Shown here: in pieces, positions 1 to 13,300 of the stretch | Position numbering within the stretch: the first letter of the stretch is position 1 | Layout: every line of letters starts with the position of its first letter | NCBI GenBank assembly: GCA_965240325.2 | Contig: OZ251233.1 | Span: 310,001 to 374,000, forward strand | Origin: Rebecca billardiae RCC1528 | Taxonomy: Eukaryota; Protista; Haptophyta | Direction: 5' to 3' | DNA: 64,000 nucleotides | Made by a program: the position numbers and the translations under genes | Notes under the pieces: generated by a model | The model's database searches: none | The model's input: the letters and a program-made list of their open reading frames with translations, nothing else | What the model was told of the DNA's origin: nothing

Positions 1-3000
1 ACGCCCATGCTCGCTCAGAGCCGCGCTGCATGACGCGCCGCCGCCGCTCCTCACGGCCGCGCGCCCGCAGGGCTGCGGCTTCGCGCCCGAGCCGCAGCCC
101 TGCGGCCGCAGCCCTGCGGCCGCAGGCCGGCGGCCGCAGGCCTGCGGTGGCCCAGCAGGCTGCTGCTGCTGCTCGGCTCACTCGCGCGGCGCGAGGCGAT
201 TGGCGCGTCCTCGACGCCCATGCTCGCTCCGAGCCGCGCTGCATGCCGCGCCGCCGCCACTCCTCACGGCCACGCGCCCGCAGGGCTGCGGCTCCGCGCC
301 CGAGCCGCAGCCCTGCGGCCGCAGCCCTGCGGCCGCAGGCCTGCGGCCGCAGGCCTGCGGTGGCCCAGCAGGCTGCTGCTGCTGCTCGGCCCACTCGCGC
401 GGCGCGAGGCGATTGGCGGGTCCTCGACGCCCATGCTCGCTCCGAGCCGCACTGCATGCCGCGCCGCCGCCACTCCTCACGGCCGCGCGCCCACAGGGCT
501 GCGGCTCCGCGACCGAGCCGCAGCCCTGCGGCCGCAGGCCTGCGGCCGCAGGCCTGCGGCCGCAGGCCTGCGGTGGCCCAGCAGGCTGCTGCTGCTGCTC
601 GGCTCAGTCGTGCGGCGCGAGGCGAGCGGGCAGGCGGGTGGCAGCAGTGCTGATTGGCGCGTCCCCGACGCCCATGCTCGCTCCGAGCCGCGCTGCATGC
701 CGCGCCGCCGCCACTCCTCACGGCGGCGCGCCCGCAGGGCTGCGGCTCCGCGCCCGAGCCGCAGCCCTGCGGCCGCAGCCCTGCGGCCGCAGCCCTGCGG
801 CCGCAGGCCTGCGGTGGCCCAGCAGGCTGCTGCTGCTGCTCGGTTCACTCGCGCGGCGCGAGGCGATTGGCGCGTCCTCGACGCCCATGCTCGCTCCGAG
901 CCGCACTGCATGCCGCGCCGCCGCCACTCCTCACGGCCGCGCGCCCGCAGGGCTGCGGCTCCGCGCCCGAGCCGCAGCCCTGCGGCCGCAGCCCTGCGGC
1001 CGCAGGCCTGCGCTGGCCCAGCAGGCTGCTGCTGCTGCCCGGCCCACTCGCGTGGCGCGAGGCGATTGGCGCGTCCTCGACGCCGATGCTCGCTCCGAGC
1101 CGCACTGCATGCCGCGCCGCCGCCACTCCTCACGGCCGCGCGCCCACAGGGCTGCGGCTCCGCGACCGAGCCGCAGGGCTGCGGCCGCAGGCCTGCGGCC
1201 GCAGCCCTGCGGACGCAGGCTGATGCTGCTGTGTGGCTCAGTCGCGCGGCGCGAGGCGAGCGGGCAGGCGGGTGGCCGCGGTGCTGATTGGCGCGTCCTC
1301 GACGCCCATGCTTGCTCTGAGCCGCGCTGCATGACGCGCCGCCGCCGCTCCTCACGGCCGCGCGCCCGCAGGGCTGCGGCTCCGCGCCCGAGCCGCAGCC
1401 CTGCAGCCGCAGCCCTGCGGCCGCAGCCCTGCAGCCGCAGGCCTGCGGTGGCCCAGCAGGCTGCTGCTGCTGCTCTGCTCAGTCGCGCGGCGCGAGGCGA
1501 TTGGCGCGTCCTCGACGCCCATGCTCGCTCCGAGCCGCGCTGCTTGCCGCGCCGCCGCCACTCCTCACGGCCGCGCGCCCGCAGGGCTGCGGCTCCGCGA
1601 CCGAGCCGCAGGGCTGCGGCCGCAGGCCTGCGGCCGCAGCCCTGCGGAAGCAGGCTGATGCTGCTGCTCGGCTCAGTCGCACGGCGCGAGGCGAGCGGGC
1701 GGGCGGGTGGCCGCGGTGCTGATTGGCGCGTCCTCGACGCCCATGCTCGCTCCGAGCCGCGCTGCATGCCGCGCCGCCGCCACTCCTCACGGCCGCGCGC
1801 CCGCAGGGCTGCGGCTCCGCGACCGAGCCGCAGGGCTGCGGCCGCAGGCCTGCGGCCGCAGCCCTGCGGAAGCAGGCTGATGCTGCTGCTCGGCTCAGGC
1901 GCACGGCGCGAGGCGAGCGGGCGGGCGGGTGGCCGCGGTGCTGATTGGCGCGTCCTCGACGCCCATGCTTGCTCTGAGCCGCGCTGCATGACGCGCCGCC
2001 GCCGCTCCTCACGGCCGCGCGCCCGCAGGGCTGCGGCTCCGCGCCCGAGCCGCAGCCCTGCAGCCGCAGCCCTGCGGCCGCAGCCCTGCAGCCGCAGGCC
2101 TGCGGTGGCCCAGCAGGCTGCTGCTGCTGCTCGGCTCAGTCGCGCGGCGCGAGGCGATTGGCGCGTCCTCGACGCCCATGCTCGCTCCGAGCCGCGCTGC
2201 TTGCCGCGCCGCCGCCACTCCTCACGGCCGCGCGCCCGCAGGGCTGCGGCTCCGCGACCGAGCCGCAGCCCTGCAGCCGCAGCCCTGCGGCCGCAGCCCT
2301 GCAGCCGCAGGCCTGCGGTGGCCCAGCAGGCTGCTGCTGCTGCTCGGCTCAGTCGCGCGGCGCGAGGCGATTGGCGCGTCCTCGACGCCCATGCTCGCTC
2401 CGAGCCGCGCTGCTTGCCGCGCCGCCGCCACTCCTCACGGCCGCGCGCCCGCAGGGCTGCGGCTCCGCGACCGAGCCGCAGCCCTGCGGCCGCAGCCCTG
2501 CGGCCGCAGGCCTGCGCTGGCCCAGCAGGCTGCTGCTGCTGCTCGGCCCACTCGCGTGGCGCGAGGCGATTGGCGCGTCCTCGACGCCGATGCTCGCTCC
2601 GAGCCGCACTGCATGCCGCGCCGCCGCCACTCCTCACGGCCGCGCGCCCACAGGGCTGCGGCTCCGCGACCGAGCCGCAGGGCTGCGGCCGCAGGCCTGC
2701 GGCCGCAGCCCTGCGGACGCAGGCTGATGCTGCTGTGTGGCTCAGTCGCGCGGCGCGAGGCGAGCGGGCGGGCGGGTGGCCGCGGTGCTGATTGGCGCGT
2801 CCTCGACGCCCATGCTCGCTCCGAGCCGCGCTGCATGACGCGCCGCCGCCGCTCCTCACGGCCGCGCGCCCGCAGGGCTGCGGCTTCGCGCCCGAGCCGC
2901 AGCCCTGCGGCGCAGGCCTGCGGCCGCAGGCCTGCGGAAGCAGGCTGCTGCTGCTGCTCGGCTCAGTCGTGCGGCGCGAGGCGAGCGGGCAGGCGGGTGG

Positions 3001-6000
3001 CAGCGGTGCTGATTGGCGCGTCTTCGACGCCCATGCTCGCTCCGAGCCGCGCTGCATGCCGCGCCGCCGCCACTCCTCACGGCCGCGCGCCCGCAGGTCT
3101 GCGGCTTCGCGCCCGAGCCGCAGCCTTGCGGCCGCAGGCCTGCGGGCGCAGGCCTGCGGTGGCCCAGCAGGCTGCTGCTGCTGCTCGGCTCAGTCGCGCG
3201 GCGCGAGGCGATTGGCGCGTCCTCGACGCCCATGCATGCTCCGAGCCGCACTGCATGCCGCGCCGCCGCCACTCCTCACGGCCGCGCGCCCACAGGGCTG
3301 CGGCTCCGCGACCGAGCCGAAGGGCTGCGGCCGCAGGCCTGCGGCCGCAGCCCTGCGGAAGCAGGCTGATGCTGCTGCTCGGCTCAGTCGCGCAGCGCGA
3401 GGCGAGCGGGCGGGCGGTAGCCGCGGTGCTGATTGGCGCGTCCTCGACGCCCATGCTCGCTCCGAGCCGCGCTGCATGACGCGCCGCCGCCACTCCTGAC
3501 GGCTGCGCGCCCGCAGGGCTGCGGCTCCGCGCCCGAGCCGCAGCCCTGCGGCCGCAGCCCTGCGGCCGCAGCCCTGCGGCCGCAGGCCTGCGGTGGCCCA
3601 GCAGGCTGCTGCTGCTGCTCGGCTCAGTCGCGCGGCGCGAGGCGGTTGGCGCGTCCTCGACGCCCATGCTCGCTCCGAGCAGAGCTGCACGCCGCGCCGC
3701 CGCCACTCCTCACGGCCGCGCGCCCGCAGGGCTGCGGCTCCGCGCCCGAGCCGCAGCCCTGCGGCCGCAGCCCTGCGGCCGCAGGCCTGCGGCCGCAGGC
3801 CTGCGGTGGCCCAGCAGGCTGCTGCTGCTGCTCGGCCCATTCGCGCGGCGCGAGGCGATTGGCGCGTCCTCGACGCCCATGCTCGCTCCGAGCCGCGCTG
3901 CATGACGCGCCGCCGCCGCTCCTCACGGCCGCGCGCCCGCAGGGCTGCGGCTTCGCGCCCGAGCCGCAGCCCTGCGGCGCAGGCCTGCGGCCGCAGGCCT
4001 GCGGAAGCAGGCTGCTGCTGCTGCTCGGCTCAGTCGTGCGGCGCGAGGCGAGCGGGCAGGCGGGTGGCAGCGGTGCTGATTGGCACGTCCTCGACGCCCA
4101 TGCTCGCTCCGAGCCGCGCTGCATGTAGCGCCGCCGCCACTCCTCACGGCCGCGCGCCCGCAGGGCTGCGGCTCCGCGACCGAGCCGCAGGGCTGCGGCC
4201 GCAGGCCTGCGGCCGCAGCCCTGCGGAAGCAGGCTGATGCTGCTGCTCGGCTCAGTCGCACGGCGCGAGGCGAGCGGGCGGGCGGGTGGCCGCGGTGCTG
4301 ATTGGCGCGTCCTCGACGCCCATGCTTGCTCCGAGCCGCGCTGCATGACGCGCCGCCGCCGCTCCTCACGGCCGCGCGCCCGCAGGGCTGCGGCTCCGCG
4401 CCCGAGCCGCAGCCCTGCAGCCGCAGCCCTGCGGCCGCAGCCCTGCAGCCGCAGGCCTGCGGTGGCCCAGCAGGCTGCTGCTGCTGCTCGGCTCAGTCGC
4501 GCGGCGCGAGGCGATTGGCGCGTCCTCGACGCCCATGCTCGCTCCGAGCCGCGCTGCTTGCCGCGCCGCCGCCACTCCTCACGGCCGCGCGCCCGCAGGG
4601 CTGCGGCTCCGCGACCGAGCCGCAGGGCTGCGGCCGCAGGCCTGCGGCCGCAGCCCTGCGGAAGCAGGCTGATGCTGCTGCTCGGCTCAGTCGCACGGCG
4701 CGAGGCGAGCGGGCGGGCGGGTGGCCGCGGTGCTGATTGGCGCGTCCTCGACGCCCATGCTTGCTCTGAGCCGCGCTGCATGACGCGCCGCCGCCACTCC
4801 TCACGGCCGCGCGCCCGCAGGGCTGCGGCTCCGCGACCGAGCCGCAGGGCTGCGGCCGCAGGCCTGCGGCCGCAGCCCTGCGGAAGCAGGCTGATGCTGC
4901 TGCTCGGCTCAGTCGCACGGCGCGAGGCGAGCGGGCGGGCGGGTGGCCGCGGTGCTGATTGGCGCGTCCTCGACGCCCATGCTTGCTCTGAGCCGCGCTG
5001 CATGACGCGCCGCCGCCGCTCCTCACGGCCGCGCGCCCGCAGGGCTGCGGCTCCGCGCCCGAGCCGCAGCCCTGCAGCCGCAGCCCTGCGGCCGCAGCCC
5101 TGCAGCCGCAGGCCTGCGGTGGCCCAGCAGGCTGCTGCTGCTGCTCGGCTCAGTCGCGCGGCGCGAGGCGATTGGCGCGTCCTCGACGCCCATGCTCGCT
5201 CCGAGCCGCGCTGCTTGCCGCGCCGCCGCCACTCCTCACGGCCGCGCGCCCGCAGGGCTGCGGCTCCGCGACCGAGCCGCAGGGCTGCGGCCGCAGGCCT
5301 GCGGCCGCAGCCCTGCGGAAGCAGGCTGATGCTGCTGCTCGGCTCAGTCGCACCGCGCGAGGCGAGCGGGCGGGCGGGTGGCCGCGGTGCTGATTGGCGC
5401 GTCCTCGACGCCCATGCTCGCTTCGAGCCGCGCTGCATGCCGCGCCGCCGCCACTCCTCACGGCCGCGCGCCCGCAGGGCTGCGGCTCCGCGACCGAGCC
5501 GCAGGGCTGCGGCCGCAGGCCTGCGGCCGCAGCCCTGCGGAAGCAGGCTGATGCTGCTGCTCGGCTCAGTCGCACGGCGCGAGGCGAGCGGGCGGGCGGG
5601 TGGCCGCGGTGCTGATTGGCGCGTCCTCGACGCCCATGCTTGCTCTGAGCCGCGCTGCATGACGCGCCGCCGCCGCTCCTCACGGCCGCGCGCCCGCAGG
5701 GCTGCGGCTCCGCGCCCGAGCCGCAGCCCTGCGGCCGCAGCCCTGCGGCCGCAGCCCTGCAGCCGCAGGCCTGCGGTGGCCCAGCAGGCTGCTGCTGCTG
5801 CTCGGCTCAGTCGCGCGGCGCGAGGCGATTGGCGCGTCCTCGACGCCCATGCTCGCTCCGAGCCGCGCTGCACGCCGCGCCGCCGCCACTCCTCACGGCC
5901 GCGCGCCCGCAGGGCTGCGGCTCCGCGCCCGAGCCGCAGCCCTGCGGCCGCAGCCCTGCGGCCGCAGCCCTGCAGCCGCAGGCCTGCGGTGGTCCAGCAG

Positions 6001-9000
6001 GCTGCTGCTGCTGCTCGGCTCTGTCGCGCGGCGCGAGGCGATTGGCGCGTCCTCGACGCCCATGCTCGCTCCGAGCCGCGCTGCACGCCGCGCCGCCGCC
6101 ACTCCTCACGGCCGCGCGCCCGCAGGGCTGCGGCTCCGCGCCCGAGCCGCAGCCCTGCGGCCGCAGCCCTGCGGCCGCAGCCCTGCAGCCGCAGGCCTGC
6201 GGTGGCCCAGCAGGCTGCTGCTGCTGCTCGGCTCTGTCGCGCGGCACGAGGCGATTGGCGCGTCCTCGACGCCCAAGCTCGCTCCGAGCCGCGCTGCACG
6301 CCGCGCCGCCGCCACTTTTCACGGCCGCGCGCCCGCAGGGCTGCGGCTCCGCGCCCGGGCCGCAGCCCTGCGGCCGCAGCCCTGCGGCCGCAGGCCTGCA
6401 GCCGCAGGCCTGAGGTGGCCCAGCAGGCTGCTGCTGCTGCTCGGCCCACTCGCGCGGCGCGAGGCGATTGGCGCGTCCTCGACGCCCATGCTCGCTCCGA
6501 GCCGCACTGCATGCCGCCCCGCCGCCACTCCTCACGGCCGCGCGCCCACAGGGCTGCGGCTCCGCGACCGAGCCGCAGGGCTGCGGCCGCAGGCCTGCGG
6601 CCGCAGCCCTGCGGAAGCAGGCTGCTGCTGCTGCTCGGCTCAGTCGCGCGGCGCGAGGCGAGCGGGCAGGCGGGTGGCAGCGGTGCTGATTGGCGCGTCT
6701 TCGACGCCCATGCTCGCTACGAGCCGTGCTGCATGCCGCGCCGCCGCCACTCCTCACGGCCGCGCGCCCGCAGGGCTGCGGCTCCGCGCCCGAGCCGCAG
6801 GGCTGCGGCCGCAGGCCTGCGGCCGCAGCCCTGCGGAAGCAGGCTGCTGCTGCTGCTCGGCTCAGTCGCGCGGCGCGAGGCGAGCGGGCAGGTGGGTGGC
6901 AGCGGTGCTGATTGGCGCGTCTTCGACGCCCATGCTCGCTCCGAGCCGTGCTGCATGCCGCGCCGCCGCCACTCCTCACGGCCGCGCGCCCGCAGGGCTG
7001 CGGCTCCGCGCCCGAGCCGCAGGGCTGCGGCCGCAGGGCTGCGGCCGCAGGCCTGCGCTGGCCCAGCAGGCTGCTGCTGCTGCTCGGCTCAGTCGCGCGG
7101 CGAGCGGGCGGGTGGCTGGCGGTGGTGCTGGATGGCGCGTCCTCGACGCCCATGCTCGCTCCGAGCCGCGCTGCACGCCGCGCCGCCGCCACTCCTCACG
7201 GCCGCGCGCCCGCAGGGCTGCGGGTCCGCGCCCGAGCCGCAGCCCTGCGCCCGCAGGCCTGCGGCCGCAGGCCTGCGGTGGCCCAGCAGGCTGCTGCTGC
7301 TGCTCGGCTCATTCGCGCGGCGCGAGGCGATTGGCGCGTCCTCGACGCCCATGCTCGCTCCGAGCCGCACTGCATGCCGCTCCGCCGCCACTCCTCACGG
7401 CCGCGCGCCCACAGGGCTGCGGCTCCGCGACCGAGCCGCAGGGCTGCGGCCGCAGGCCTGCGGCCGCAGGCCTGCGTTGGCCCAGCAGGCTGCTGCTGCT
7501 GCTCGGCTCAGACGCGCGGCGCGGGGCGAGCGGGAGAGCACGTGGCCGGTGCTGATTGGCACCTCCTCGCCGCCGAAGCTCGCTCCAAGCCGCGCTGTAT
7601 GCCGCGACGCCGCCACTCCTCACGGCCGCGCGCCCGCAGGGCTGCGGCTCCGCGCCCGAGCCGCAGCCCTGCGGCCGCAGCCCTGCGGCCGCAGGCCTGC
7701 GTTGGCCCAGCAGGCTGCTGCTGCTGCTCGGCTCAGACGCGCGGCGCGGGGCGAGCGGGAGAGCACGTGGCCGGTGCTGATTGGCACCTCCTCGCCGCCG
7801 AAGCTCGCTCCAAGCCGCGCTGTATGCCGCGCCGCCGCCACTCCTCACGGCCGCGCGCCCGCAGGGCTGCGGGTCCGCGCCCGAGCCGCAGCCCTGCGGC
7901 CGCAGGCCTGCGGCCGCAGGCCTGCGGTGGCCCAGCAGGCTGCTGCTGCTGCTCGGCTCATTCGCGCGGCGCGAGGCGATTGGCGCGTCCTCGACGCCCA
8001 TGCTCGCTCCGAGCCGCACTGCATGCCGCTCCGCCGCCACTCCTCACGGCCGCGCGCCCACAGGGCTGCGGCTCCGCGACCGAGCCGCAGGGCTGCGGCC
8101 GCAGGCCTGCGGCCGCAGGCCTGCGTTGGCCCAGCAGGCTGCTGCTGCTGCTCGGCTCAGACGCGCGGCGCGGGGCGAGCGGGAGAGCACGTGGCCGGTG
8201 CTGATTGGCACCTCCTCGCCGCCGAAGCTCGCTCCAAGCCGCGCTGTATGCCGCGCCGCCGCCACTCCTCACGGCCGCGCGCCCGCAGGGCTGTGGCTTC
8301 GCGCCCGAGCCGCAGCCCTGCGGCCGCAGCCCTGCGGCCGCAGGCCTGCGGTGGCCCAGCAGGCTGCTGCTGCTGCTCGGCTCACTCGCGCGGCGCGAGG
8401 CGATTGGCGCGTCCTCGACGCCCATGCTCGCTCCGAGCCGCGCTGCACGCCGCGCCGCCGCCACTCCTCACGGCCGCGCGCCCGCAGGGCTGCGGCTCCG
8501 CGCCCGAGCCGCAGGGCTGCGGCCGCAGGCCTGCGGCCGCAGCCCTGCGGAAGCAGGCTGATGCTGCTGCTCGGCTCAGTCGCGCGGCGCGGGGCGAGCG
8601 GGCGGGCGGGTGGCCGCGGTGCTGATTGGCGCGTCCTCGACGCCCATGCTCGCTCCGAGCCGCGCTGCGTGACGCGCCGCCGCCACTCCTCACGGCCGCG
8701 CGCCCGCAGGACTGCGGCTCCGCGCCCGAGCCGCAGCCCTGCGGCAGCAGCCCTGCGGCCGCAGGCCTGCGGCCGCAGGCCTGCGGTGGCCCAGCAGGCT
8801 GCTGCTGCTTCTCGGCCCACTCGCGCGGCGCGAGGCAATTGGCGCGTCCTCGACGCCCATGCTCGCTCTGAGCCGCGCTGCACGCCGCGCCGCCGCCACT
8901 CCTCACGGCCGCGCGGCCGCAGGGCTGCGGCTCAGCGCCGCAGCCCTGCGGCCGCAGGCCTGCGGTGGCCCAGCAGGCTGCTGCTGCTGCCCGGCCCACT

Positions 9001-9682
9001 CGCGTGGCGCGAGGCGATTGGCGCGTCCTCGACGCCGATGCTCGCTCCGAGCCGCACTGCATGCCGCGCCGCCGCCACTCCTCACGGCCGCGCGCCCACA
9101 GGGCTGCGGCTCCGCGACCGAGCCGCAGGGCTGCGGCCGCAGGCCTGCGGCCGCAGCCCTGCGGAAGCAGGCTGATGCTGCTGTTCGGTTCAGTCGCGCG
9201 GCGCGAGGCGAGCGGGCGGGCGGGTGGCCGCGGTGCTGATTGGCGCGTCCTCGACGCCCATGCTTGCTCCGAGCCGCGCTGCATGACGCGCCGCCGCCGC
9301 TCCTCACGGCCGCGCGCCCGCAGGGCTGCGGCTTCGCGCCCGATCCGCAGCCCTGCGGCGCAGGCCTGCGGCCGCAGGCCTGCGGAAGCAGGCTGCTGCT
9401 GCTGCTCGGCTCAGTCGCGCGGCGCGAGGCGATTGGCGCGTCCTCGACGCCCATGCTCGCTCCGAGCCGCACTGCATGCCGCGCCGCCGCCACTCCTCAC
9501 GGCCGCGCGCCCACAGGGCTGCGGCTCTGCGACCGAGCCGCAGCCCTGCGGCGCAGGCCTGCGGCCGCAGGCCTGCGGAAGCAGGCTGCTGCTTCTGCTC
9601 GGCTCAGTCGCGTGGCGCGAGGCGAGCGGGCGGGCGGGTGGCCGCGGTGCTGATTGGCGCGTCCTCGACGCCCATGCTCGCC
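1..9682 (+). repeat. Satellite A: about 45 tandem units of ~199-225 bp, open at the window start
   Basis: Recurring core GATTGGCGCGTCCTCGACGCCCATGCTCGCTCCGAGCCGC...GCCACTCCTCACGGCCGCGCGCCCGCAGGGCTGCGG, then 2-3 copies of CCGCAG(CC/GC/GG)CTGCGG and a (GCT)n tract ending CTCGGCTCAG. Short and long unit variants alternate. Confidence 0.97.
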
Positions 9683-10310
9683 CAAAACTTCGGGCCCGAA
9701 ACTTCGGGCCGTCCGCTGTGACTGGCCTCGCTGCTGCTGCTGCTCGGCTGAGTGGGCAGCGACAGACTTGTGGGTTGGAGGTCGTCCTACATTGCCCACA
9801 CTCCCTGCCCGTGCTCGCCCCGCGCCGCTCTGCACGCCGCACAACATCGCCACTCCTCACGCCGGCGCACCCGCAGGCCCGAAGTTTCGGGCCCGAAACT
9901 TCGGGCCCGAAACTTCGGGCCGTCCGCTGTGACTGGCCTCGCTGCTGCTGCTGCTCGGCTGAGTGGGCAGCGGCAGACTTGTGGGTTGGAGGTCGTCCTA
10001 CGTTGCCCACTCTCCCTGCCCGTGCTCGCCCCGCGCCGCTCTGCATGCCGCACAACATCGCCACTCCTCACGCCGGCGCACCCGCAGGCCCGAAGTTTTG
10101 GGCCCGAAACTTCGGGCCCGAAACTTCGGGCCGTCCGCTGTGACTGGCCTCGCTGCTGCTGCTGCTCGGCTGAGTGGGCAGCGACAGACTTGTGGGTTGG
10201 AGGTCGTCCTACACTGCCCACTCTCCCTGCCCGTGCTCGTCCAGCGCCGCTCTGCACGATCGCTACTCCGCACGCCGGCGCACCCGCAGGCCCGCAGTTT
10301 CGGTCCCGAA
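9681..10310 (+). repeat. Satellite B (211-bp unit), about 3 units in forward orientation
   Basis: Unit contains CCCGAA(GT/AC)TTCGGG x3 then CCGTCCGCTGTGACTGGCCTCGCTGCTGCTGCTGCTCGGCTGAG; same orientation as satellite A. Confidence 0.95.
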
Positions 10311-13300
10311 ACTTCGGGCCCGAAACTTTGGGCCTGCGGGTGCGCCGGCGTGAGGAGTGGCGATGTTGTGCGGCGTGCAGAGCGGCGCGGGGCGAGCACG
10401 GGCAGGGAGCGTGGGCCGTGTGGGACGACCTCCAGTCCACAAGTCTGTCGCTGCCCACTCAGCCGAGCAGCAGCAGCAGCGAGGCCAGTCACAGCGGACG
10501 GCCCGAAGTTTCGGGCCCGAAGTTTCGGGCCCGAAACTTCGGGCCTGCGGGTGCGCCGGCGTGAGGAGTGGCGATGTTGTGCGGCGTGCAGAGCGGCACG
10601 GGGCGAGCACGGGCAGGGAGAGTGGGCAATGTAGGACGACCTCCAACCCACAAGTCTGTCGCTGCCCACTCAGCCGAGCAGCAGCAGCAGCGAGGCCAGT
10701 CACAGCGGACGGCCCGAAGTTTCGGGCCCGAAGTTTCGGGCCCGAAACTTCGGGCCTGCGGGTGCGCCGGCGTGAGGAGTGGCGATGTTGTGCGGCGTGC
10801 AGAGCGGCGCGGGGCGAGCACGGGCAGGGAGAGTGGGCAACGTAGGACGACCTCCAACCCACAAGTCTGCCGCTGCCCACTCAGCCGAGCAGCAGCAGCA
10901 GCGAGGCCAGTCACAGCGGACGGCCCGAAGTTTCGGGCCCGAAGTTTCGGGCCCGAAACTTCGGGCCTGCGGGTGCGCCGGCGTGAGGAGTGGCGATGTT
11001 GTGCGGCGTGCAGAGCGGCGCGGGGCGAGCACGGGCAGGGAGAGTGGGCAATGTAGGACGACCTCCAACCCACAAGTCTGTCGCTGCCCACTCAGCCGAG
11101 CAGCAGCAGCAGCGAGGCCAGTCACAGCGGACGGCCCGAAGTTTCGGGCCCGAAGTTTCGGGCCCGAAGTTTCGGGCCTGCGGGTGGGCCGGCGTGAGGA
11201 GTGGCGATGTTGTGCGGCGTGCAGAGCGGCGCGGGGCGAGCACGGGCAGGGAGAGTGGGCAATGTAGGACGACCTCCAACCCACAAGTCTGCCGCTGCCC
11301 ACTCAGCCGAGCAGCAGCAGCAGCGAGGCCAGTCACAGCGGACGGCCCGAAGTTTCGGGCCCGAAGTTTCGGGCCCAAAACTTCGGGCCTGCGGGTGCGC
11401 CGGCGTGAGGAGTGGCGATGTTGTGCGGCATGCAGAGCGGCGCGGGGCGAGCACGGGCAGGGAGAGTGGGCAATGTAGGACGACCTCCAACCCACAAGTC
11501 TGTCGCTGCCCACTCAGCCGAGCAGCAGCCGCAGCGAGGCCAGTCACAGCGGACAGCCCGAAGTTTCGGGCCCGAAACTTCGGGCCTGCGGGTGCGCCGG
11601 CGTGAGGAGTGGCGATGTTGTGCGGCGTGCAGAGCGGCGCGGGGCGAGCACGGGCAGGGAGTGTGGGCAATGTAGGACGACCTCCAACCCACAAGTCTGT
11701 CGCTGCCCACTCAGCCGAGCAGCAGCAGCAGCGAGGCCAGTCACAGCGGACGGCCCGAAGTTTCGGGCCCGAAGTTTCGGGCCCAAAACTTCGGGCCTGC
11801 GGGTGCGCCGGCGTGAGGAGTGGCGATGTTGTGCGGCATGCAGAGCGGCGCGGGGCGAGCACGGGCAGGGAGAGTGGGCAACGTAGGACGACCTCCAACC
11901 CACAAGTCTGCCGCTGCCCACTCAGCCGAGCAGCAGCAGCAGCGAGGCCAGTCACAGCGGACGGCCCGAAGTTTCGGGCCCGAAGTTTCGGGCCCGAAAC
12001 TTCGGGCCTGCTGGTGCGCCGGCGTGAGGAGTGGCGATGTTGTGCGGCGTGCAGAGCGGCGCGGGGCGAGCACGGGCAGGGAGTGTGGGCAATGTAGGAC
12101 GACCTCCAACCCACAAGTCTGTCGCTGCCCACTCAGCCGAGCAGCAGCAGCAGCGAGGCCAGTCACAGCGGACGGCCCGAAGTTTCGGGCCCGAAGTTTT
12201 GGGCCTGCTGGTGCGCCGGCGTGAGGAGTGGCGATGTTGTGCGGCGTGCAGAGCGGCGCGGGGCGAGCACGGGCAGGGAGAGTGGGCAATGTAGGACGAC
12301 CTCCAACCCACAAGTCTGCCGCTGCCCACTCAGCCGAGCAGCAGCAGCAGCGAGGCCAGTCACAGCGGACGGCCCGAAGTTTCGGGCCCGAAGTTTCGGG
12401 CCCAAAACTTCGGGCCTGTGGGTGCGCCGGCGTGAGGAGTGGCGATGTTGTGCGGCATGCAGAGCGGCGCGGGGCGAGCACGGGCAGGGAGAGTGGGCAA
12501 TGTAGGACGACCTCCAACCCACAAGTCTGTCGCTGCCCACTCAGCCGAGCAGCAGCAGCAGCGAGGCCAGTCACAGCGGACGGCCCGAAGTTTCGGGCCC
12601 GAAACTTCGGGCCCGAAGTTTCGGGCCCGAAACTTCGGGCCTGCGGGTGCGCCGGCGTGAGGAGTGGCGATGTTGTGCGGCGTGCAGAGCGGCGCGGGGC
12701 GAGCACGGGCAGGGAGTGTGGGCAATGTAGGACGACCTCCAACCCACAAGTCTGTCGCTGCCCACTCAGCCGAGCAGCAGCAGCAGCGAAGCCAGTCACA
12801 GCGGACGGCCCGAAGTTTCGGGCCCGAAGTTTCGGGCCCGAAGTTTCGGGCCTGCTGGTGCGCCGGCGTGAGGAGTGGCGATGTTGTGCGGCGTGCAGAG
12901 CGGCGCGGGGCGAGCACGGGCAGGGAGAGTGGGCCGTTTGGGACGACCTCCAGTCCACAAGTCTGTCGCTGCCCACTCAGCCGAGCAGCAGCAGCAGCGA
13001 GGCCAGTCACAGCGGACGGCCCGAAGTTTCGGGCCCGAAGTTTCGGGCCCGAAACTTCGGGCCTGCTGGTGCGCCGGCGTGAGGAGTGGCGATGTTGTGC
13101 GGCGTGCAGAGCGGCGCGGGGCGAGCACGGGCAGGGAGAGTGGGCAACGTAGGACGACCTCCAACCCACAAGTCTGCCGCTGCCCACTCAGCCGAGCAGC
13201 AGCAGCAGCGAGGCCAGTCACAGCGGACGGCCCGAAGTTTCGGGCCCGAAGTTTCGGGCCCGAAACTTCGGGCCTGCGGGTGCGCCGGCGTGAGGAGTGG